From the IMG/VR virus record IMGVR_UViG_3300028128_000337, positions 34,279 through 98,278 of that record: a stretch of 64,000 bases of DNA; one strand, 5' to 3'. The notes beneath the pieces are model-generated. The model was given only the letters and a program-made list of their open reading frames with translations. It had not been told where the DNA came from and did not search any database. Below, piece by piece: positions 36,701 through 48,000 of the stretch; positions within the stretch are counted from its first letter, which is position 1, and each line of letters starts with the position of its first letter. Position numbers and translations under genes: made by a program. This stretch comes from a virus. Lineage: Duplodnaviria > Caudoviricetes.

Positions 36701-38940
36701 TGGAGCAAGAGATAGGCACAGATCCACTTGACATTGACACTGATGATGACACACTAACAGACAAGCAAGAGCACGACACCATGCTGGCATCTGCTGCTGG
36801 GTCAATATCATCTACTCTAAGCTCCAATCCGGTGAGCGCTGATACTGATAATGATACCTATCGAGATGATATAGACCACGCCCCAAGTGACCCTTTGAGT
36901 GCCACCGGAAATGATCCGGATGGAGATGGTATAGATAATTTCGCGGACATGAATGATGATGGTGATATGAAACCTCATGGTGACAATACATTCCAACAGA
37001 GTCAAGATGAGTTGTTTGATTTTGAAGATGCTGATCATGACTCAAACACCGGGAAGGTTGATACTGATAGTGATGGTTGGATTGATGAGTATGATACTGA
37101 TGATGATAATGATGGTTTGAGTGACACTATTGAAAGTGAGCTCGGAACTGACCCGTTGGATACAGACTCAGATGATGACGGGTTGACGGATTTCGAGGAA
37201 ACAAACGCGTTCAAAGACATGAATAATGACGGACAGTTGAACGCTGGAGATATACAATTCAAAGACGGGAGAACAACCGATCCATTGAACGTTGATACTG
37301 ATGATGATGAGCTAACAGACTATGAGGAGGTGACAGGTGTTACAGCCGGTGGTACAAATTTCGCACCAACATCACCAGTATCTGCGGATTCTGATGGTGA
37401 TAATCTTACAGACAGGGAAGAGATAACTGGTGTGGTTGATATTGATAATGATGGTGTTGTGGATTTAAGCACCACTGAAGCTGTAACTGATCCGTTACTA
37501 TCGGATACTGATAGTGACGGTTTGACGGATTTGGAGGAATTACAACAGGGAACATTACCAACAGATCCAGATACTGATAATGACACTGCCATTGATAGTG
37601 TAGATGAATACCCGTTTGACAACACACAAACATCAATATTGAACGATCCAAACCACACCGGTGTGTATGATAAAAAATCATATCAATACGGTAATGTTGA
37701 TCATCGTAATGATACAAGAATTGTAAAATTTGCATGGGCAAATGAAGATGCAAGCGATACAGTTTTTTATGATTCCAACGTCGGGCACAGCAACATAGAT
37801 CTCACGTTGAAAGGTGATGTGAATAACATGGGGTTATATGGAGCAACACTACCAGACAAGGACGGTAATAATGGATTTAAATACATAGACAATACAACAG
37901 GTAATGACTCGCGACCGGTAGCTTATGATACATCTCAAAATGATACATACTGGGGAGATGACATACCAATAACCTGGTCACAAGGCATCACCCAGGTTAG
38001 CCAACCAATCACAAGACTGGATGATTTAACACCAGCAATATCAGCATCAGATGTAAGTGTGAGCATAATACACGGAACGAAAGATGACGATGGTCTTGGG
38101 GTGGAGCAAGACGCGACAACAAGTGTATATTATCAAAAACAAGGCTGGCATGACGTGTTATATGAGCTGTTCACAGTTAACCTTGGAGTGTTTACCAACT
38201 CAACAACGAGCACCAACAGTAACAATGAGTTGATAGATTTACACTACCTCAAACAAGATATACTGGATTCACCGTGGAAATTATTCAAAGCAAACGGCAC
38301 CGGTAATTTAGGTCATGTAGGTGCAACTCATGTGAATGTCCGAGTCGGATGGAGTATAGATACACCATATACAGAGCAATTACCTGGTGGTAAGCTCAAG
38401 AGAATACCGATAACACATATACATCGATCAGAAGAAGAATTTGGTATTATCACCATATATGTTAGATTTAGCGTCAACGGAGCACACACCATCAGCTTAT
38501 CATCATATGATCCACAAGAACATCACGAGTGGAATCAACATCTAGCGAGTAATACACTCTCAAGCGATTGGGATCAAAGATGGGAGACTTATCAAGATAC
38601 ATGGGGCACTTCCGGTCAAAATATAATCAAAAGCCAGCCGATAGCAGTGACCACCTCCACTGGTTGGGTATATCCAGTATATTTAGATTTTGCCGCAGCT
38701 CGAGATGCTAACACCACTCCCGGTGATCCTATAACTACTATCAATTTTGAACATAATGGACAACAACTAGAAGCATTCCACCCGGATACATCAACGATAT
38801 TACCCAAATCTAAAGGTGGTACAACACAAGGACCATACATTACGTACAACTATCTAACAAACAACACAACAATTTTACCTGGGGAAATATACTTCGAGCA
38901 CCCAACGATCATGTTGAACCACACACTGACTGGGTTGTAA
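33766..38940 (+). CDS. Large virion protein with NHL/propeller-like N-terminal region and TSP3-like Ca2+-binding repeats
   Basis: FINPVAM..LFVLD; many DP.xxDTDxDG.xD..E repeats. Confidence 0.7.
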   Translation: MSNQVTSIGSFTPELASEITQYNVLRDRLPGDVLELPYKWNTVKIGYNDFVVADTINYSMEKLYENWLYIISQSLMPSNDLPDNTYRTHMIIDKGSGVEWVSQKSYDQSNDSEITSVKHILKIQNKLNANHYNMVLATTTNLIMLSGDGVSSVDVLINPDNPYLSKRKSNSSVTHPSNGILFRDISRVIVNDNQDMFVLDAHHKMIFKFDISGALALDEAILKNDTPGRLLTGTVGGNGELDHKVKFINPVAMTSIGNRLFVLDYNTETRESVIKEFDSFLNWKQSYPLGDVLPSDPLDMIYDNNLNMFYIMCHNRSSNLSTQNDYLELPILVRVDASGTYLDQTPMADPILNEQMIRDDIFKRIYMSVENVNVMYVVTDKTVYKKYISRADRYIGSFKLTDKEIGPIETSREIEDITIFESYVTNNTQTLQKDEILMVESTRAGVYRFLEDSKYQQTIADGFESKILYYDDIKINRLESVDVVVYNKMFYKLLHNNLMLLENLSRRFTTYYDQNGFSIYIGFKYMNEFELESLTHEITPDMYVSSNELVLADTVNRCLRIQYELQDKILELLQERSINVFPIIDKPVVFESALDTDQDGTDDMYDVDDDNDQLIDTDEITAGTDPLDSDTDDDGLLDGQEVHGVDVGDGVIFTSDPLDVDTDDDMLTDTQEITGTGKYYTKSDPRQIDTDSDGLTDYEESITHESDPMRVDTDGDQLNDGAEIQHGANPRNVDTDQDGILDGDEVNIYGTDPVNLDTDGDTVTDYEEIFTYGTSATDIDTDDDNVPDNIEISTIAFSGVSSLSADSGYPPLALSALYSDPLNSDTDGDGYIDSADRAPGDPRKATGDNFDHDDDGIPDSADADHTSNASELDYDQDNIIDKFDPDDDNDTTPDEVDSQLGDGQSGQHIDYNPGDSSSMNQPMPDEPDEFDDQFDPDIDGDGVLNEQDPDFTNQPDTDGDGVIDVYDKDDDNDGLSDILEQEIGTDPLDIDTDDDTLTDKQEHDTMLASAAGSISSTLSSNPVSADTDNDTYRDDIDHAPSDPLSATGNDPDGDGIDNFADMNDDGDMKPHGDNTFQQSQDELFDFEDADHDSNTGKVDTDSDGWIDEYDTDDDNDGLSDTIESELGTDPLDTDSDDDGLTDFEETNAFKDMNNDGQLNAGDIQFKDGRTTDPLNVDTDDDELTDYEEVTGVTAGGTNFAPTSPVSADSDGDNLTDREEITGVVDIDNDGVVDLSTTEAVTDPLLSDTDSDGLTDLEELQQGTLPTDPDTDNDTAIDSVDEYPFDNTQTSILNDPNHTGVYDKKSYQYGNVDHRNDTRIVKFAWANEDASDTVFYDSNVGHSNIDLTLKGDVNNMGLYGATLPDKDGNNGFKYIDNTTGNDSRPVAYDTSQNDTYWGDDIPITWSQGITQVSQPITRLDDLTPAISASDVSVSIIHGTKDDDGLGVEQDATTSVYYQKQGWHDVLYELFTVNLGVFTNSTTSTNSNNELIDLHYLKQDILDSPWKLFKANGTGNLGHVGATHVNVRVGWSIDTPYTEQLPGGKLKRIPITHIHRSEEEFGIITIYVRFSVNGAHTISLSSYDPQEHHEWNQHLASNTLSSDWDQRWETYQDTWGTSGQNIIKSQPIAVTTSTGWVYPVYLDFAAARDANTTPGDPITTINFEHNGQQLEAFHPDTSTILPKSKGGTTQGPYITYNYLTNNTTILPGEIYFEHPTIMLNHTLTGL
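35548..37620 (+). repeat. Thrombospondin-type-3-like DxDxDG repeat array
   Basis: Recurrent DTDDDGLxDxxE...TDP units over ~690 aa. Confidence 0.8.
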
Positions 38941-39016
38941 TATGAATATACTATCACGAGTTGTATTTTATTGAATGTTAAGACTATATCTAATTATGTG
39001 CCTGTAAACATATAAA

Positions 39017-39050
39017 TGGTATAAAAATATACCACCCTTGCGATTAAATA
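39017..39050 (+). promoter_or_regulatory. Inverted repeat followed by late-promoter box upstream of the giant fibre gene
   Basis: TGGTATA-AAAA-TATACCA (39017-39034), TTAAATA (39044-39050), ATG 39058. Confidence 0.5.
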
Positions 39051-39057
39051 ATAGTAT

Positions 39058-42000
39058 ATGGCCGGAAACCGTAAATTTCATAACAAATTTCACTCTGCGA
39101 ATCATCACACACTACCTAGTCCGCACATAATAGATAGTGGACTGGATCCAATCGCGAGTCATGAGTTCCCATTCATAGGTGATCTTGTAATGAACGGCAC
39201 ATTGAGTGCTAGTAACAATTTGTTGATAAATCGTGGCGGTCGGCATAGTTCCAAACTAGACACAATACCACATGGGCTTCATCCGGTCACAGATTTAAAG
39301 TTAGGTGGTAGTTGGAATATACTACGTGACAGTACATATATTGATGGTGATACTGTAATAACAGGGAACTTGAGCGCGCTTGGTGAGACTAGCTATTTTG
39401 CGACACAGGTGTACACAACCAGCGCGACAGAGATTGACATTTTCTCTGACAATAGCAATGGGAAAACAGCCGCATTTGCTGTTGATCAACATGGGTCTAA
39501 TGATTTGTTTGACATAAGAAATGACGCGTCGTCTGTATTAGTTATCACTGGAAGTGGTGATGGCATGCTAACCCACCCGGAGTTTACAGACATACCAATT
39601 GGTGGGCATGTGGGAGTCAATTTAGGCAATTTGAATGATGTGTCACGTCCAAATCAACGCATGACCATAGTGGGTAGTGTCAGTGTGGTACCGGATCCGT
39701 ACGAGACGATGTCACAAAACCAACAGAAGGATCCTGGAACCACTGGATCACTTTATGTTGAAGGTGGTGTCCATGCGAATGATCACTCATATCTAGATCA
39801 ACTTACAGTAGATACCACTGATGGTAATTTTTTAATTAGTGGCGGGCATAACAATTCAACATCAAACATATTAGACGTCCATGTACCAGCTAAATTTGAT
39901 ATGGTTACCATCGATACAGATGACGGTGATTTTCATATACAAGGTAGTAACAAAGTACAAATTGACACTAAAAACTCAGATGGTATCAGTCTTGATGTCA
40001 AATGGCACTCTAGATTTGACCAGGTCACGGTGGACACTAGTTTGGGTGAAATGTATGTCAGCGGTACACAAGGTGTTGATATTGACACGCATGTGGATAT
40101 TGATGGTCACACCAAACTGGATCAGCTCACAGTAGACACCACTGACGGTACGTTGTACATACATGGTGGGAGTAATGACGCCAATTCTAATCCTGTTGAC
40201 ATTGATGTACCCACATTTTTAGACAAGGTAACAATTGACACAACTGACGGTACAATGACCGTGAGTGGTAGTAACGAGATTTATATAAATTCGGTGAACA
40301 CCTCCGGGGTGGGTCTCGACGTCGACACACATTCGTTGTTTGATCAAATAACAATCGACACAACAGACGGTGATGCGTATATCACTGGTAGCAATAGAGT
40401 GTATATTGACTCCAATCTAGCGAAGAATGATACAAAACCAGGTTTTGAGGTACAGAGCTGGTCGAAACTCAACAAAACAACGATAGACACAACTCACGGT
40501 AAGATGTTTGTGAGTGGTGGTAACAACGATCATACGGCCAATCCTTTGATAGTAACTGTACCAACCGAGCTTGACAAAACTACAATTGATACAGATGAAG
40601 GTGATTTGTATATCCATGGTGATAATAAAGTACAAATTGACACTAAAAACTCAGATGGTATCAGTCTTGATGTCAAATGGCACTCTAGATTTGACCAGGT
40701 CACGGTGGACACTAGTTTGGGTGAAATGCATGTTACTGGTACACAAGGTGTTGATATTGACACGCATGTGGATATTGATGGTCACACCAAACTGGATCAG
40801 CTCACAGTAGACACCACTGACGGTACGTTGTCAGCCCACGGGACTGGAAAGGTGTCAATAGATACCACACAAGGGTTGGATGTGGATACACACACACAGC
40901 TAGACCAGTTGACCGTTGATACAAATGACGGCAAATTTTTAATAAAAACCACAGGTGTAAACAACATATTTGATGTTGATGTACCGACATTGCTAGACAA
41001 AACCACAATTGATACAACTGATGGTGACATGGTGGTGCAAGGCACAAACAAAGTTTCTATTATATCACAAAACATGCAGTCCGGTATAGGCCTGGATGTA
41101 ACCACTCCTACATTACTGAATAAACTTACTGTGCACACCACCGCTGGTGGTATGTTGGTCAGTGGTAGTAACAAGGTGACAATTGAAGCGGCAGATTCAA
41201 GTGACGTTGGACTGGATGTTGACTCTAAGACTCTGTTAGATTGGACAAATATAAACACAAACGACGGTGTCTTTTACATCGGTGGTGGAAATCGTATGTT
41301 GTTAGAATCGCTTGATGCGGATACTGGTATTGGCCTAGAGGTAAGAACACACGCATATCTAAATCAAGTAACAATAAACACAAGTAATCACGCATTTTCA
41401 ATCTCCGGAGACAAGGGATTGAATATCGCTGGTGATACCAGTATAGGTCAAAAATTATCTGTTGATGGTTTAACCGAGTTAGATCAAGTTACTGTCAACA
41501 CCAATGATGGTATATTCTTGATCGAGGGTTCAAATATTTTAAATGTAAAGTCTGAATCACAGTTTACACAATCAAAAACAACATTACGAGAGACAGTAAT
41601 TGACACCAGACACAATAAGGATGTAACTATCAAAGGTAGTGGTGTGATGGATGTCGATGTTAGTGATGTTGATTTTGATGGTCATGTCAAGTTGGATCGA
41701 GTGACAGTTGATGTTGATGATGGAGATTTTTTGGTTAATAGTGCTGCGTCGTGGGATAATAGCAATAAATTAGATGTCCGAGTGCCGACCACACTCGCAT
41801 CACTGACAGCAAGCACAATACAAAGCAAAGCCGTTATACATGGTGAATATCCGATTATATTCAACTCCCCGGCATTCTTCAACAGGTCAGCAGACTTCAC
41901 CCACCATGATGTTGAATTTCTAGACATACACGTGTCGAGGTTCACAGATCTCAACGAACTGCATGTAGACACATCTAATGGTGATATGGTGGTCAGTGGA

Positions 42001-45000
42001 ACTGGTGGATTGAAGATACACACACCAATGACAATTGACGGTGATATGCACATCACTGGTGATTTGACAGTTGATGGTAATGCGTATCTAAGTGCCGGTA
42101 TAGACGGTGTCATTAACGTGGGCGACACTAACACTGACAGTGTGGTATTTTATGCTGACGTGGATAGTGATGTTATACCCAATGTTACTAACAAATATAA
42201 TTTAGGCACTCCATCCAAAAGATGGACTAAAACATATGCTGCTAGTGGTCATTATGATCGATTGAATGTGTCACATCACGTCGACATTGAAGGTACATTG
42301 GATGTCAACGCACACACTAATCTTGACCAGTTGACAGTACATACTAGTGATGGTGATATGGTGGTGAGTGGTCAACATCAATTGCATGTATCCACAACAG
42401 ATGGAGTGGATATTGACACAGATGTCGATATAGATGGCCACACACAATTGGATCAAGTGACTATTGACACAAGCGATGGCAAGATGCACATCATAGGTGA
42501 AGGTGGAGTGGATATAGACACAAACTTTGACATAGATGGTCACACACAATTGGATCAAGTGACTGTTGACACAGACGATGGCGAGATGCACATCATGGGT
42601 GAAGGTGGATTGGATATTGACACGCATGTCGATATAGATGGTCATACACAATTGGATCAAGTGACTGTTGACACCACTGATGGTAGGTTTTTAGTAAGTG
42701 GTGGTAATAACGATACAACTGCACATATATTTGATGTACATGTTCCAACAGAACTGGATATGCTTACTGTTGATACAAGTGACGGTCGGCTTTTGGTGTC
42801 TGGAACCGGTGCCAGTGGATATGAGAATCCAGTGGATATTGATGTACCAACACACTTAGATCGCACACATATAGACACGACCGATGGTAGTTTTATTGTC
42901 AGTGGTGACAATAGAATGTATGTTAGTGCGGAGCTAGGATTGTGGGTTGACACGCACACACAACTCGATCAACTAACTGTCGATACAACAGATGATGACA
43001 TGCTTGTAATCGGAACGAACAAGCTTCGGGTGAACACCAATCAAGGTGTTGATATTGACACACACACTCAACTAGACCAGGTGACAATTGATACAAATGA
43101 TGGTGATATGATCATCACTGGTGACAACAGAACACATATACACACCGGATTGACTACATATTCAGACATATCTGCAGTCGGAGGATCATGGATTTTCGAT
43201 TGCCGGCAAGCCTCGGAATCTCGACCTGGTAGTGTCAATCCATCTGATCAAACTGATGGGTCGGTTGACAATTGGGAATATGAAAACGTACCAACACATC
43301 CGTTTGTAGTAAAGTGTAATTCTCTATTTGAGAGTGGGATCAGTGCCTCAGGTCCGGTACAGATAGGACCATTACCAGCTGGTGTTGTTGATGAATTAAC
43401 TGAACCAACTCTAGAAGTGTTTGGCAACATGTGGCTGAGGGATGGTAACTTAAAAATTGACAGTGACATCCGGCACCGTGATAATGAAAGGACATTGATT
43501 CGATTCTCACATGATCAGATATCTCTGGTCGCTGGTGATGCTAGGTTGTTGACATTAACAGAGAAATTATCAACCATCGGGAATGATCTTGTAGAAATTG
43601 GAGATGCGGATCAACCGGCGGACCTAAAATTATATAAGCAAGGAGATGAAATATCATTATTCCATGACAGTACAGATGGTCACGTTGAATTCACTGGTAA
43701 TGTTGGTATTGGTGGTCACAACACAGCAGCTCCGGTTATTGGCGATGGGTTGGATGTAATTGGAAGTGCACGTGTTACACAGACATTGTCTGCTCACAAT
43801 CTTGTTGTTGATTATCTAACAGTACAAAACAGTTCATTTGGTAATGTCGGTACAGGTGGATATGGTTCGGCTATACTAAGTCCGTTGAGCGGAATCGCGC
43901 TAGCTAGCGAGGTTGTAAGTGAATGGACTGATCAAGGTGTGTCTCAAGATATACATGGTACACCAGTTGGTATAGAGTTTGATTTACAATATGACGATCA
44001 GGGTGACATACAAAAAATGTATTCGTTCACATTTGAAGCACTTTCAGCGGATGTTGGTCTTGGTGTTAAGGTTGGAGACACACAATCTGTAACATATAGA
44101 TTAGTGGCCAAGTGGGATGGTGATTACACAATCGCGGAGGTTTTTGACGCGGAGGATGGTATACTATACACATCAGATGAGAAATTTGTGACAGTATCAT
44201 CAGTAGTGCTGTCAGCTACATCTATACCCACAACAGAGCGAGTAGTAAAGGTTGTTGCCCAAGCTGATGTTGATTGTAATTACTGGGTGCATAATGTATT
44301 GTCACAAGACAAACCACAAGAGCTTGACACCGTAACAACTGCTGACTTCCGGATTGGTGGTAATCTTACAGTCGATGGAGATCAGTTACATGACGGTGAC
44401 TCCACAATCACAGGGGACCTGTATGTACAGGGTGATGTCAGAGTTGACGGTAATGCATATCTCAGTGCCGGTCCTAGTGGTATTATAAATGTAGGTGATC
44501 AAGACACAGACGTCGTAAACATTCTAGCGGATGTTGATAGTTATTTGTTACCGGATGTCAGACAGCGTCTCAACAATAATGAATTTAAATTGAATAGCCC
44601 GGGTGGGTCAACTACCCCATCCACTATATCTGGTTGGAGTGTGACTGATGGCGCGCTCAAAGCAGTCGCATTGAACACTGATGTTGTGACACCCAATACA
44701 CCCACTGTATCAACAGTGAGCATAACACAAGTTCATAATTTTATAGGGGGCGTGACGTACGATGTTGATGTAAACGTCTTATATGAACAAAGCCCGGTGA
44801 TAATATCACTTGACCAATCAGTGAAATGGAGTGATGGTACTGTTGGACCACAAAGTATAGGTGAGCATGCTAGGTTCACTACACTACAAACACCACCAAC
44901 AAGTATAACAGTAACACTAAATCAAAGTACTGAAATATCCGAAATATCATTATACAAGAGTCATGATATAGGCTCCCCGGAAAAAGAATGGGATCAGGCG

Positions 45001-48000
45001 TTTGTTAAGAATATTAGTGTTTCTGAGCAGATGGATATCACTGGCGGTGTAGTGATGCAGAGTGGTTTACACATAATGGGTGATCTGAGGGTAGATGGTA
45101 ACGCTTATTTGAGCGGTGGTACAGGTGGCGTGATAAATGTTGGTGACGCAAACACTGACAATGTGGTATTTAATGCAGACGTTGATAGTGATATCATACC
45201 AGATATAAACATAACACATGATTTAGGAACAGCGTCACAACAATGGCGTGAATTGTTTGTGCAAAATATTAAAGCCACCGGAGATGTCACTGTTAGTCAA
45301 AATTTAGATGTAGAGCTAGGCACCACGTTGCATGATGAATTAATTGTCAGCGGCATGACCACCATTGGCGGTAACACCGTGTTGAGTGGCACGTTGGATG
45401 TGGATGATGCAACACGTATCAACGACACGTTGGATGTGGAACAGGTCACCACGTTGCATGACAATCTAACGGTTAGTGGTATGACCACCATTGGCGGTAA
45501 CACCGTGTTGAGTGGCACGTTGGATGTGGATGATGCAACGCGTATTAATGACACGTTGGATGTGGAGCAGGTCACCACGTTGCATGACAATCTAACGGTT
45601 AGTGGTCACAGCACTATTGGCGGTAACACCACGCTGAGTGGCACGTTGGATGTGGATGACGCAACACGAATCAATGACACGTTGGATGTGGAGCTAAGCA
45701 CCACGTTGCATTCAGATCTGATCGTGAGTGGCAACACCACGTTGAGTGGCACGTTGGATGTAGATGACGCAACGCGTATCAATGACACGTTGAATGTGGA
45801 GCTAAGCACCACGTTGCATGACAATCTAACGGTTAGTGGTCACAGCACTATTGGCGGTAACACCACGCTGAGTGGCACGTTGGATGTGGATGATGCAACA
45901 CGGATTAATGACACGTTGGATGTGGAACTCACGACAACGTTGCATTCAGATCTGATCGTGAGCGGTGATGCAACCACCAAAGGCAACACCACGTTGAGTG
46001 GCATGTTGGATGTGGATGACGCAACACGAATCAATGACACGTTGGATGTGGAACTCACGACAACGTTGCATGAGGATTTAAATGTGAGCGGCATGACCAC
46101 TATTGGCGGTAACACCACGCTGAGTGGCATGTTGGATGTGGATGACGCAACACGGATTAATGACACGTTGGATGTGGAGCAGACCACCACGTTGCATTCA
46201 GATCTGATCGTGAGTGGCAACACCACGTTGAGTGGCACGTTGGATGTGGATGATGCAACGCGTATCAATGACACGTTGGATGTGGAACTCACGACAACGT
46301 TGCATGGGGATTTAAATGTGAGCGGTCACACCACGTTGAGTGGAGAGTTGGGCGTTGAATCAAAAGCGACATTTGAGGAAGACGTGTGGATAAAAGGTGA
46401 TCTTAGAGTGGATGGAAATGCATATCTAAGCGCCGGTACGAGTGGTACGATCAATATTGGTGATAGTAATACTGATAATATCATCTTCTATGCAGATGTT
46501 GATAGCTCGATATATCCAAATGTAGATAATAGATTCGATATAGGCTCATCAACACGACAATGGCAAACACTGTTTGTACATGACATAATTTCAACCGGTA
46601 GTGTATTTGTCACTGGAGATATAACAGTCGGTGGTGGTACAATCTTGAGTGGCACGTTGGATGTGGATGATGCAACAACGTTGCATGATGAATTAATTGT
46701 CAGTGGTCACGGCACGATTGGTGGTAACACTGTGTTGAGTGGCACGTTGGATGTGGATGATGCAACAACGTTGCATGATGAATTAATTGTCAGTGGTCAC
46801 GGCACGATTGGTGGTAACACCACGCTGAGTGGTATGTTGGATGTAGATGATGCAACAACGTTGCATGACGAGTTAATTGTCAGTGGTCACGGCACGATTG
46901 GTGGTAACACCACGCTGAGTGGCACGCTTGATGTGGATGATGCAACAACGTTGCATGATGAATTAATTGTCAGTGGTCACGGCACGATTGGTGGTAACAC
47001 CACGCTGAGTGGTATGTTGGATGTGGACGGTGCAACGAATGTACATGACACGTTGGATGTGGAGCTAAGCACCACGTTGCATGATGAATTAATTGTCAGT
47101 GGTCACGGCACGATTGGTGGTAACACTGTGTTGAGCGGCGCGCTTGATGTGGATGACGCAACGCGAATCAATGACACATTGGATGTGGAGCAGGTCACCA
47201 CGTTGCATGATGAATTGATTGTTAGCGGCATGACCACGATTGGTGGTCATACCGTGTTGAGTGGCACGCTGGATGTGGATGATGCAACACACGTGCACGG
47301 GTCACTAGATGTTACAGCTAACTCAACATTTCACAATGATGTATTGGTCTTAGGAAATTTACGTGTTAATGGTAATGCGTATTTGAGCGGTGGTTCTAGT
47401 GGGGATATAAACATCGGTGATAGTAGTGATGATAATGTGATGTTTCACGCTGATGTTGATAGTAATATTATACCAAATGTTGATATAACATATGATATCG
47501 GATCAACAAGTCAACAGTGGCGAGAGTTGTACGTTGAGGATATCAAAGCCACTGGTGATGTATATTGGAGTGGTGGTGGTAGTTTATCATCAAACAGTGT
47601 ATACAATTATGTTAACACCACGTCAGGTACACACGGGTGGTCACATCTGAAACCAGAATCCGGATTTGGACCAACCAAGTTAGTGTTGGATCCTGATGAA
47701 GTCCCTAGACTTGCTATAACCAATGTATATACAGTATCAAATCCTGAAAATGTCGTAACACAACAAAGTAATATATCACGTGGAGATTTCGTGCTTGTAG
47801 TTGCTTCACAAGACAATTTAATAGCAACTAGAGACAACCCCTCTGGTACATATAATATAGATACCGGTAATTATACCGGGTATGCAAGATTGTTCGCCCC
47901 AGAGAATATGGTTAGGGTGATCAATGGTATGCAAGGGCAATCAGTGACCATAGATCCCGATGACTTAGAAGATGCAGAGACTGATCATAAATTTGTAGAG

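Noticed and set aside
39952-40831. DGR template/variable repeat pair
   Set aside because: Both copies are inside one ORF, the few differences are not adenine-specific, and no reverse transcriptase is in the window
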